DNA of 64,000 nucleotides from an uncultured Gemmatimonadales bacterium (GTDB lineage Bacteria > Gemmatimonadota > Gemmatimonadetes > Gemmatimonadales > Gemmatimonadaceae): NCBI GenBank assembly GCA_963701965.1, contig OY969695.1, positions 1 to 64,000 on the forward strand. The letters run 5' to 3'. Every line of letters begins with the position of its first letter. Position 1 is the stretch's first letter. A model generated the notes under the pieces. It was not told the origin of the DNA and did no database searches. It saw nothing but the letters and a program-made list of their open reading frames with translations. Positions 11,178-20,035 of the stretch are shown here, piece by piece. The translations under genes were made by a program, and so were the position numbers.

Positions 11178-11912
11178 CAGCAGAGCGATGTGCTGGATGC
11201 CTTCGCCGTTGAACTGCATCAGGAACTCTTCGATTTGGCCGGCGCCCTTCGACGATTCCTCGTTCAGGGGAATGCGGATCTTTCCGTCGGGCGCGGTCAT
11301 CGCCTTCGACGTCAGACCGGTGTACTCGCCCTGGATGTCGAAGTAGCGAATCTCGCGGAAATTGAACAGCCGCTCGTAGAAATTTGCCCAGAACGCCATG
11401 CGGCCGCGATAGACGTTGTGGGTCATGTGGTCCACGAGCTTCAGGCCGTGCCCCACCGGATGGCGGTCGATGCCTTCCAGGTAGTTGAAGTCGATGTCGT
11501 AGATCGACTTGCCTTCCTCGAAGCGGTCGATCAGGTAGAGCGGCGCGCCGCCGATGCCCTTGATCGCCGGCAGGCGGAGCTCCATCGGCCCGGTGGGCAT
11601 GTCGATCGGCTGCGCACCCAGCGAGAGCGCGCGCTCGTGGGCCTTGTGGGAGTCGCGGACCCGGAAATCCAGCCCGCAGGCCGCCGGCCCGTGCTCGGCT
11701 GCGAAATACGCCGCGGCGCTTTTAGGCTCGCGATTGACGATGAAATTGACGTCGCCTTGGCGATAAAGCCGCCCGTCCTTGCTGCAGTGGTTCGCGACGT
11801 GGCTGAAGCCGAGTTTCTCGAAGAGGGGCTCCAGCACGTTGGGCGTGGGCGATGCGAATTCGACGAACTCGAATCCCATGAGTCCCATCGGGTTTTCGAA
11901 AAGGTCGGCCAT
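11178..11912 (-). pseudogene. hppD: 4-hydroxyphenylpyruvate dioxygenase, 3'-truncated
   Basis: [19 protein letters not shown] start, DHMTHNV and GEGIQHIAL. Similarity stops there at about 245 aa, so the C-terminal third is missing. Confidence 0.9.
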
Positions 11913-11956
11913 GTCAGTCTTCTCAAGTTCAGTGGTGCGCTTCGCCGAGCGCAATC

Positions 11957-12318
11957 TCATTCGAGCTTGACGCCTGCCTTCTGCACGAGCAGCGCGCAAC
12001 CCTCTTCCTCGCTCTTCAAGAAAGCAGCCGCCGCCTCGGGCGTGGTGGGGGCGATGAAGTTGTCCTGCTTGGCCATCGCCGCCTTGACTTCGGCGGTGTC
12101 GAAGGCGGCGACGAACGCGTCGTGGAGCTTCTTCACCTTCTCGGCCGGCAAGCCCTTGGAACCGGCGACCATGAACCTAGCCGGCGACGTCCGCTCCCGG
12201 AAAGCGCTGCTCGGCGATGGTCGGCAGGTCGGCACGTCGGGCAGCGTCGGGACGCGGCTCTTGCCCATGACGCCAATGGCGCGCAGGGAGCCGTTCTTGA
12301 TCTGACCCTGCACCGCTG
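11957..12318 (-). pseudogene. Bug/TctC substrate-binding protein, C-terminal fragment
   Basis: GSLRAIGVMGKSRVPTLPDVPT ... KAGVKLE. The N-terminal two thirds are absent and the interior is degraded. Confidence 0.75.
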
Positions 12319-12450
12319 GCCCACGACGCTCAAATCCGCGGGGTTGAAGACATCGAAGCGGGCCTCCGACTGGGCGGAGCACCGAGTCGGTCCGATCACG
12401 TTGAGCGCGCGGATGAGGTCCGGGCGTTGCAGCTCGAGCGAGTGGTTCAT
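12319..12450 (-). pseudogene. N-terminal remnant of a succinate-semialdehyde-dehydrogenase-like aldehyde dehydrogenase
   Basis: MNHSLELQRPDLIR...RFDVFNPA resembles GabD N-termini. ATGA-coupled to the upstream ATPase gene and cut after about 44 codons. Confidence 0.6.
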
Positions 12451-13496
12451 GGCGGAGTGGCTTTCTGGGGCAAGGCGTTCAACGAGAACGGCGGAATGAT
12501 CTCGGCAAGGTGGCAGGCCGCGGACACGCCTTGACCGAGTTCGCGCAACAGCGGCCGTTCACTGCGGCAGCGTTCGACCGCGTAAGGACAGCGCGGATGA
12601 AAGTGGCAACCGGAAGGCGGCGCCAACGGCGAAGGCACTTCACCGCGAATCGGCGCGCCGGCAGGCTTGGGCATGCCGATGCGCGGCACCTCGGCCAGCA
12701 GCGCCTGGGTATAGGGATGGCGCGGCCGTTCGAACAGCGTGTCCGTGCTGGCGGATTCGACGATGCGGCCCAGATACATCACGGCCACCCGGTCGCACAA
12801 ATGATTCACCACGCCCAGGTCGTGGCTCACGAAGAGGTAGGTCAGCTTCAGACGCTCGCGCAGCTCGCTGAAGAGGTTGAGCACCTGCGCTTGCACCGAC
12901 ACGTCGAGCGAGGCCACTGGTTCGTCGCAGACCAGGAGCTCGGGTTTCATCGCCAGGGCGCGCGCGAGGGCAATGCGCTGGCGCTGGCCGCCGGAGAACT
13001 GGTGCGGATAGCGTTGCGCGGCCGCGGCCGGCAGGCCCACGGCTTCGAGCGCCTGCTGCGCATATTCCGGCAGCTCGCGCCGGCTGACCAGGCTATGGAA
13101 GCGCGGCCCCTGGGCGATGATCTGCGCCACGCGCATGCGCGGATTCAGCGACGCGAAAGGATCCTGGAACACCATCTGCACGCGCGGCCGCCAGGCTCGC
13201 CGTTCCGCGGGCCCGTACTGCGCAATATCGGCGCCGCGGTACAGCACTTCGCCACTGGAGGGCGCGATCAGCCCCGCCACCAGCCGCGCCAACGTCGACT
13301 TGCCGCAGCCCGACTCGCCGACCAAACCCAGCACTTCGCCCGCGCGCAATTCCAGGTCGACGCTGTCGACCGCATGCACCGTACTGCCCGCTGCCTTCTT
13401 GCCGAACACGGCCATCACGCGCTCGGCCGCTGTCTTCGGGCGCTCGAAGCGCCGGGTCAGCCGGCGCAGCTGCAGCAGGGGCGTTCCTGACGTCAT
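12447..13496 (-). CDS. Dpp/Opp ABC transporter ATP-binding subunit (DppF-like)
   Basis: GESGCGKST, YPHQFSGGQRQR and GCHFHPRCP. Confidence 0.92.
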   Translation of the reverse strand: MTSGTPLLQLRRLTRRFERPKTAAERVMAVFGKKAAGSTVHAVDSVDLELRAGEVLGLVGESGCGKSTLARLVAGLIAPSSGEVLYRGADIAQYGPAERRAWRPRVQMVFQDPFASLNPRMRVAQIIAQGPRFHSLVSRRELPEYAQQALEAVGLPAAAAQRYPHQFSGGQRQRIALARALAMKPELLVCDEPVASLDVSVQAQVLNLFSELRERLKLTYLFVSHDLGVVNHLCDRVAVMYLGRIVESASTDTLFERPRHPYTQALLAEVPRIGMPKPAGAPIRGEVPSPLAPPSGCHFHPRCPYAVERCRSERPLLRELGQGVSAACHLAEIIPPFSLNALPQKATPP

Positions 13497-14467
13497 AGCG
13501 GATGGAAGCAGCGCACCTGGTGCGTCGCACCCACGGCAGTCAGCGGTGGATGCGCGCGGCACGCTGTGGTGGCGCGCCCGCAGCGCGGCGCGAACGCGCA
13601 GCCGCCGGTCGGCGATGCGGTGGTAGGCGAGCCGGCCATCTGGTAGAGCCGTGCGCCGCGCCGCTGCTGGCCAGGAATCGACTTCAGCAGGCCGACCGTG
13701 TAGGGGTGGCGCGGCCGCTGCAGCACGTCGGCCGCCAGCCCATGCTCCATGATGCGGCCCGCGTACATCACGCTCACGCGGTCGGCCAATCGGGCCACCA
13801 GGCCGAGGTCGTGCGTCACCCACAGCAGTGCGGTCCCGGTCTCATGGCACAGGCGTTCCATCTCGTACACGATCTGCGCCTGGATCGTCACGTCGAGCGC
13901 GGTTGTGGGTTCGTCGGCAATGATCAGGTCCGGCCGGTGCAGCAGCGCAATCGCCATCGCCACGCGCTGGCGCATGCCGCCTGAGAATTCGTGCGGGTAG
14001 GAATTCAACCGGGCCTTCGGATCGGCAATGCCCACCAGCGCCAGCTTGTCGCAGCAGAGCGACCGCACCTGCGCCGCCGGCCAGTCTTCATGCGCCCGTA
14101 CTGCCGCCGCCATCTGCGTGCCGACGCGCAGCACCGGGTTCAGCGTCATCATCGGATCCTGGAACACCATCGCCATCCGCTTTCCGCGCAGGCTGCGCAT
14201 CGCAGGCTCCGGCAAGGGCAGCAGGTCGGTGCCGGCAAAGCGTAGACGCTTTGCGGAGACCGCGGCGGTTTGGTCCAGCAACCGCATGATCGAGAGGCCC
14301 GTGACGCTCTTGCCTGAACCCGATTCACCGACCAGACCCAGGATTTCGCCGCGGCGGATGGTCATGTCGACGTCCGCCACCGCCGTCACCGTGCCGGCGT
14401 TCGTGGCGAATTCGCTGCGCAGGCCAACGACCTCCAGAACGATGCCGGGCTCGTCGACGTGCGTCAC
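13493..14467 (-). CDS. Dpp/Opp ABC transporter ATP-binding subunit (DppD-like)
   Basis: GESGSGKS, YPHEFSGGMRQR and DEPTTALD. Confidence 0.92.
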   Translation of the reverse strand: MTHVDEPGIVLEVVGLRSEFATNAGTVTAVADVDMTIRRGEILGLVGESGSGKSVTGLSIMRLLDQTAAVSAKRLRFAGTDLLPLPEPAMRSLRGKRMAMVFQDPMMTLNPVLRVGTQMAAAVRAHEDWPAAQVRSLCCDKLALVGIADPKARLNSYPHEFSGGMRQRVAMAIALLHRPDLIIADEPTTALDVTIQAQIVYEMERLCHETGTALLWVTHDLGLVARLADRVSVMYAGRIMEHGLAADVLQRPRHPYTVGLLKSIPGQQRRGARLYQMAGSPTTASPTGGCAFAPRCGRATTACRAHPPLTAVGATHQVRCFHPL

Positions 14468-14491
14468 GGTGCAGTGGCAACCAGAACCGGC

Positions 14492-15397
14492 CTAGGACCG
14501 CGGATCGAACACATCACGCAACCGGTCGCCCACGATGTTCAGGCTGGCAATGGCCAGCAGCAGCGCGAATCCCGGAAAAACACTGAGCCAGTACTTCCCG
14601 CTCAGCAGCTGCTGGTAGCCATTCGCGATCAGCAGGCCGATCGAAGGCTCGGTCACCGGCAACCCCAGACCCAGGAAAGAGAGCGTGGCCTCGAGCGAAA
14701 TCGCGAACGCCACTTCCACCGCCGCCAGCACCAGGATCGGTGGCAGGCAGTTGCGCAGCAGCTGGCTGCCGATGATGGTCAGCGGCGACAGACCTGCGCA
14801 GCGCGCCGCCTCGATGTACTCCTTGCGGCATTCGACCAGTGCCGCTGCACGCGCCGTTCGCGCGTAGCGCGCCCATTGCGCCGCCACGATAGCCAGGATC
14901 ACCTTGTCGACGCCGCGGCCCAGGACCGCGAGGAGGATCACCGCCAACAGGAACACCGGAAAGCCCAGCTGCAGATCGACCACCCGCATGAGGAACGATT
15001 CGGTGCGGCCGCCGACATAGGCCGCGAAGATGCCAACCAGGGTTCCGATCGTGCAGGCCAGAATTCCGCTCACCAGGCCCACCGCAATGCTGATGCGCAG
15101 GCCGTAGAAGATCGCGCTCAACAAGTCGCGGCCCTGCCCATCGGTGCCGAGAAGATAGATTCGGTCGCCCGCGCCGGCGTGCGACAGGGGCGGCAGGTCG
15201 CTGTCCAGGATGTCCAGTTGCCGTAGGTCGTAGGGATTCTGCGAACTGATCCAGGGAGCCAGCAAGGCAATGAGCACGAGCAGCCCGAAGACGGCGGCGG
15301 CCACCAATGCGGTCCTGTCGCGCGCAAAGCGCCGCGCCGACTGAACCAGCAGCGATGGCTCTTGGGAGGGAACCTGGGCTAGCGAGATGGATGGCAT
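14492..15397 (-). CDS. Dpp/Opp ABC transporter permease (DppC-like)
   Basis: LLGTDGQGRD, EYIEAA loop and LSFLGLG. Confidence 0.92.
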   Translation of the reverse strand: MPSISLAQVPSQEPSLLVQSARRFARDRTALVAAAVFGLLVLIALLAPWISSQNPYDLRQLDILDSDLPPLSHAGAGDRIYLLGTDGQGRDLLSAIFYGLRISIAVGLVSGILACTIGTLVGIFAAYVGGRTESFLMRVVDLQLGFPVFLLAVILLAVLGRGVDKVILAIVAAQWARYARTARAAALVECRKEYIEAARCAGLSPLTIIGSQLLRNCLPPILVLAAVEVAFAISLEATLSFLGLGLPVTEPSIGLLIANGYQQLLSGKYWLSVFPGFALLLAIASLNIVGDRLRDVFDPRS

Positions 15398-16374
15398 CAG
15401 GCGACTTTCGAACCCAGGCGCACGCGCGGATCGAGCGCAGCGTAGGCGATGTCGACCAACAGGTTGATCACCGCGAAGATCACCACCGTCACCATGATGT
15501 AGGCGACCACGACGGGCCGGTCCAGGGTGCCGATGGCGTCGACGATGAGCTTGCCCATGCCCGGCCAGGCGAAGATTGTTTCGGTCACCACGGCAAACGC
15601 CAGCAGCGAGCCGAAGCTCAAGCCTGTGATGGTGACGATCGGCACCGAGATGTTCTTCAGCACGTGGGTGAAGACGATCCCGGCCGGCGACAGCCCTTGC
15701 GCGCGCGCAAAGCGCACGTAGTCCAGACGCATGTTCTCGATCACACCCGCTCGCGTCAAGCGGATGATCAATGCCAGCGGAAACAGCGCCAGGTTGACGG
15801 CGGGCAGCAACAGGTGACGCCAGCCGTCCAGCGTCAGCACGCTCAACGGAACCGACAGCACACTCACCGTCGGTCCGCGGCCGGACGTTGGAAACCAGCC
15901 GAGCTTGACCGCGAAGACGATGATGAGCAGCAGCGCAACCCAGAAGCCGGGCAGGCTGAAGCCGAGCACCGACAAGCCGGTGATGGCGCGCGAGAGGCGG
16001 CGCTTCGGATGGAGCCCCGAATACAGACCCAGCGGCAGGCCGACGCCCAGGGCGATCAGCATCGCAACGCCGGCCAGCTCGAGGGTGGCCGGCAATCGTT
16101 CCAGGATGACCTTGATCGCGGGCTCGTTGTAGGTGAACGAATCGCCGAGCTGGCCCTGCAGGGCGCCTCCCATGAACCTGAAGTACTGCACATACAGGGG
16201 CTGATCGAAGCCGAACTCGTGCCGCATCTTCTCGACCATCTCGCCCGGCACGTTCGGCCCGATGAACGTGGCCATCGGATCGCCGATGAGGTAGACGCCG
16301 GCGAACACGATCGCCGACATCACCAAGATCATCAGCAGCGTCTGGGCCAGTCGCGAAACGAGAAAGAGGAGCAT
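15397..16374 (-). CDS. Dpp/Opp ABC transporter permease (DppB-like)
   Basis: RLPATLELA, DYVRFARAQG and ETIFAWPGMG. Confidence 0.92.
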   Translation of the reverse strand: MLLFLVSRLAQTLLMILVMSAIVFAGVYLIGDPMATFIGPNVPGEMVEKMRHEFGFDQPLYVQYFRFMGGALQGQLGDSFTYNEPAIKVILERLPATLELAGVAMLIALGVGLPLGLYSGLHPKRRLSRAITGLSVLGFSLPGFWVALLLIIVFAVKLGWFPTSGRGPTVSVLSVPLSVLTLDGWRHLLLPAVNLALFPLALIIRLTRAGVIENMRLDYVRFARAQGLSPAGIVFTHVLKNISVPIVTITGLSFGSLLAFAVVTETIFAWPGMGKLIVDAIGTLDRPVVVAYIMVTVVIFAVINLLVDIAYAALDPRVRLGSKVA

Positions 16375-16390
16375 GCGAGCGCCGCAGGAC

Positions 16391-17968
16391 CTATTTGGCC
16401 GGCGTGGCGTCCATGGCCAGCATCCATTCGTCGGCCCGCGGCTTGTAGGCAATGCTCCGCTTCGATGCCGTCACGACCGACCCGCCGTAAAGGGCCACAT
16501 AGGGCAGGTCTTTGGCGAGGGTGGCGTGGAGCGCGCGCTCGATGTCATGGCGCTTGTCGACGTTGGGCTCCGCGCTCAGCAGGTCGAGCTGCTTGTCGAC
16601 CTCCGGATTCGAATAGCCCGAGACGTTGTAGACGCCGGCCTTCTTGGCCGCATCGTAGCTGCGTGCAAATCCGTTCAGGCCGCCGCTGGCGTCGCCCGTC
16701 GGATCGCCCCAGCCGAGCAGGCCGAAGGCGTATTCGCTCTTGGGCGGAAACACCTTGCTGAAGAAGATGGCCTTCGGCTGGGTCTCGACCTTGATCGTCA
16801 GGCCCAGCCGCGCCAGCATCTGGCCGACGGTCTGGCAGACGCGGCCGTCGTTGGGATAGCGGTCGTTGGAGCAATGCACGGTGAGCCCGAAGCCGTCCGG
16901 ATAGCCGGCATCGGCGAGCAGCTTCTTGGCCTTGGGCAGGTCGTAGGGAATCGCTGGCGAGGTGGTGTTGAAGGCCGGCATGTCCGGCGTGGCGATCTGG
17001 TTGATGACCACGGCGGCGCCGTCGAACACCCGGTCCACGATCGCCTTGCGATCGATGGCCAGCGAGAACGCCTCGCGCACGCGGAGGTCCTTGAAGGGGT
17101 TCTTTCCCAGCGGTGCGCCCTTGGCATCGGTGATGAAGGGGTTGCTGTCCTGGAACAGGTTGAAGAACATGAAGAAGAAGCGCAGGCTGGGCGCGGTCTG
17201 CACCGCCACGTTCTGGTTCTCGCGCAATTTCGCCGCGTCGGCCGGCGGCACCGATTCGATCAGGTCCACCTCACCCGAAAGCAGTGCGGCGATGCGGCTC
17301 GAGTCCTGGGTGATGATGCGGAACACCACCTTCTGCCACGCCGGCTTGGGGCCGAAGTAGTCTTCATTGCGCACCAGCTCGTAGCGCTCGCCGGGAACGT
17401 AGGCGGAGAAGCGAAACGGCCCCGTGCCCACGGCCGCGCGCCCGGTATTGAAGTCTGCCGTGGTGGCCGACTCTGCAACCTTCTTCGAGACGATGAAGAC
17501 GGTGGCGATGCGCATCGGCAGGAGCGGCTCCGGCGCCGCCGTGAGAACGCGGAGGGTCAATGGATCGAGCACCTTGGTCTCGGTGATAGAGCCCACGTAG
17601 TTGGCGTAGGAGATCGGATTGTTGGGCACCTTGGAGATGCGCGCGATCGAGAATGCCACGTCATCGGCGCTCAGCACCGAGCCGTCATGGAACTTGACGT
17701 TCGGGCGCAGCTTGAACTCCCACTCCTGCGGGCCGATCGCCCGCCACGAGAGGGCGAGTTCCGGCACGACCTTCGCGCCTTCGACGCGGGTCAACGTGCT
17801 GAACACGTGCTTGGCGTAGGCGACGTTCGAGGTCAGGAACAGGAAATGCGGATCGACCGACGGCGTCGTGGCGGTCGCGATCGTCAGGGTCTGCGCCTGC
17901 GCCGTCGGCGCGGCCAGGCCGAGCAACAAGGCCGATGTCAGGGCAAAGATCCCGAAGGCAGATTTCAT
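16391..17968 (-). CDS. Family-5 ABC substrate-binding protein (DppA-like)
   Basis: Signal peptide, FKLRPNVKFHDG, GTGPF and YDLPKAKKLLADAGYPDG. Confidence 0.92.
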   Translation of the reverse strand: MKSAFGIFALTSALLLGLAAPTAQAQTLTIATATTPSVDPHFLFLTSNVAYAKHVFSTLTRVEGAKVVPELALSWRAIGPQEWEFKLRPNVKFHDGSVLSADDVAFSIARISKVPNNPISYANYVGSITETKVLDPLTLRVLTAAPEPLLPMRIATVFIVSKKVAESATTADFNTGRAAVGTGPFRFSAYVPGERYELVRNEDYFGPKPAWQKVVFRIITQDSSRIAALLSGEVDLIESVPPADAAKLRENQNVAVQTAPSLRFFFMFFNLFQDSNPFITDAKGAPLGKNPFKDLRVREAFSLAIDRKAIVDRVFDGAAVVINQIATPDMPAFNTTSPAIPYDLPKAKKLLADAGYPDGFGLTVHCSNDRYPNDGRVCQTVGQMLARLGLTIKVETQPKAIFFSKVFPPKSEYAFGLLGWGDPTGDASGGLNGFARSYDAAKKAGVYNVSGYSNPEVDKQLDLLSAEPNVDKRHDIERALHATLAKDLPYVALYGGSVVTASKRSIAYKPRADEWMLAMDATPAK

Positions 17969-18013
17969 GGCGGCGCTCCTCAGCAAGAATGGGTCGATGG
18001 GAAACAAGGGGAT

Positions 18014-20035
18014 CTAGAGGCTCTGGGCCAGGCTCTCGTTGGCGTCGCTCGACCCGGCCAGGGCGGGGTATTCCGCCACCAGCTCATCGAACAGTTCTCC
18101 GATGACGTCCGGGCCGCTCGATGCCCGACCGTTCGCGATGCGCAGTTCGAGCTTCTCGAAGGCCTTGTGTTTGAGGAAGAAGCGCCAGCTCACCGGCATG
18201 GCGGCCAGCCGCTCGGTCAGTACGGCGTAGCGGGCACGCGTCCAGATGTGCTCGTGCGCACGACGGCCGGCGCCATGGTGGAAGTGGCTGGCAGCCGCAC
18301 GCCCTTCGTTGCCGTTGCGCAGCCTCGAGGTGGCTTCTTCATCCACCGCATCGCCAGAGACAACGACGCCGTAGTCGGCGCGCGCCGCGTCGTCGTCGAT
18401 CACGCCGCGCCGAAGGTCCTCGAGCACCTTGCGGGGTTCCCGTTCGTATGGATGCCCATAGCCGCCGCCGCCGCCGCCTCGGCAGCTGACCACATCGCCG
18501 GGATCGCAGGTGACGAGATCGGTGTTGCCCAGCTGCTCCTCGTGCGCCGTTCCCGGGTTGCGCACGAAGACGGACGTGCCGCCCGGCCCGCCTCCGACCA
18601 CGCCCCAGGAGCCGAAGACGGTGCCGTTGCGATTGCGCGCCGTGACCAGCGTGTTCGGCGAAAAAACCTTGAACTCCATCAGCGTACCGAGCCCGCCGCG
18701 GAACCTGCCGGCACCCGCGCTGCCGCGCGCCATGCCGTAGCGCCGGATCTGAATCGGCACCTCGGCCTCGTTGATCTCGACCGGCGTGTTGCGCAGGAAG
18801 GCGAGATTGGCGCCCGAGCCGTCCGATCCATCGCCGTGCGCCGAACCGCCTGCACCGCCGCCGATCGGCCCGATCGACGCCATCACGGTCTTGCCGTGGC
18901 GGTCGATCGTCTTCACATTGAGGATGGTGATGCCGGTGCAAGGGCAGGCAGGCATGCGCTCGGGTACGGCCAGCGAAAAGGCGCCGAACGTCACCTGCTG
19001 GCAGACGGCGGAAGTCAGGCTGCGCATGCCCACCGCCGCCGGATGCTGCGCGTTCACCACCGTGCCTTCAGGCAGGATGCAGCGCGCGATGCGCAGCATG
19101 CCGGCATTGAGCAGCAGGCTGGGGTTCAGCGAGTACAGCACGTAGTTCAGCCCGACCAGGGGCAGGATGTGCCGCTCCCTGCCGCCGGTAGGCATGTTCA
19201 ACGACGACATGAGCTGCGGATCGCTGCCCGTGAAGTCGAATTCGAGCAGGCCGTCGCTCACGGTCAAAGTCAACGCGACCCGCATCGGCCGACCGCCGAC
19301 TGAATCCTCGTCGGCGTAGTCGTCGAAGAAATACTCACCATCGGGAATCGTGCGGCCGATGGCCCGGGCTTGCTGCTCCGAGTAGTCGAACAAGGCTTCG
19401 AGCCCTGCGCTGAACTTGCCGGGGCCGAAGCGCTCGATGATCTCCAGCATCTTGCGTTCGCCCGTGGCCAGGCAGGCCAGCTGGGCCTGCAGGTCGCCGC
19501 GGTTCTGCTCCGGCGCGCGCACGTTGACGGACATGATGGACAGCAAGCCCTCGTCGATGACACCGGCCCGCACGACCTTGGTCGGCGGGAAGCGGATGCC
19601 TTCCTGGTGCACTTCGGTCAGCGAGCGCGAGAGGGACGCGGGCACGGCACCGCCCATGTCGGTGTTGTGGATGTGGCCCCCGACGAAGCACATCAGCCGG
19701 CCCTCATGGAACACGGGTTTCCACATCATCACGTCCGGCGTATGCGTGGCCACGTAGCCGCTGTACGGATCGTTGGTCAGGCAGACGTCGCCCGGAGCGT
19801 AGTGGTCGATGGCGCTCAGCACCGGCGCGAAATCCAGGCCGATGTTCCAGGTGGCCCCGAGCGTCTTCGGCGACGCCACGGCCAGGCCGTCGGGCGCGAT
19901 GATCACGCACGAGAAATCTTCGGTCTCCTTGACGAAGGTCGAGTGCGCGGTGCGCATCAGCGTGTACGCCATGCTTTCGGCGGCGGCGACGCAGTAGTTC
20001 GCGAAGATCTGCAGTTCGGCCTTGTCAAAGCCCAT
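18014..20035 (-). CDS. Hydantoinase B/oxoprolinase family protein
   Basis: RTAHSTFVKETEDFS, NDPYSG..THTPD, HNTDMGG and GAGRFRGG. Confidence 0.92.
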   Translation of the reverse strand: MGFDKAELQIFANYCVAAAESMAYTLMRTAHSTFVKETEDFSCVIIAPDGLAVASPKTLGATWNIGLDFAPVLSAIDHYAPGDVCLTNDPYSGYVATHTPDVMMWKPVFHEGRLMCFVGGHIHNTDMGGAVPASLSRSLTEVHQEGIRFPPTKVVRAGVIDEGLLSIMSVNVRAPEQNRGDLQAQLACLATGERKMLEIIERFGPGKFSAGLEALFDYSEQQARAIGRTIPDGEYFFDDYADEDSVGGRPMRVALTLTVSDGLLEFDFTGSDPQLMSSLNMPTGGRERHILPLVGLNYVLYSLNPSLLLNAGMLRIARCILPEGTVVNAQHPAAVGMRSLTSAVCQQVTFGAFSLAVPERMPACPCTGITILNVKTIDRHGKTVMASIGPIGGGAGGSAHGDGSDGSGANLAFLRNTPVEINEAEVPIQIRRYGMARGSAGAGRFRGGLGTLMEFKVFSPNTLVTARNRNGTVFGSWGVVGGGPGGTSVFVRNPGTAHEEQLGNTDLVTCDPGDVVSCRGGGGGGYGHPYEREPRKVLEDLRRGVIDDDAARADYGVVVSGDAVDEEATSRLRNGNEGRAAASHFHHGAGRRAHEHIWTRARYAVLTERLAAMPVSWRFFLKHKAFEKLELRIANGRASSGPDVIGELFDELVAEYPALAGSSDANESLAQSL

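Noticed and set aside
16373..19303. 976-aa plus-strand ORF and similar long antisense ORFs
   Set aside because: Shadow frames of well-supported minus-strand genes in high-GC DNA, with no motifs.
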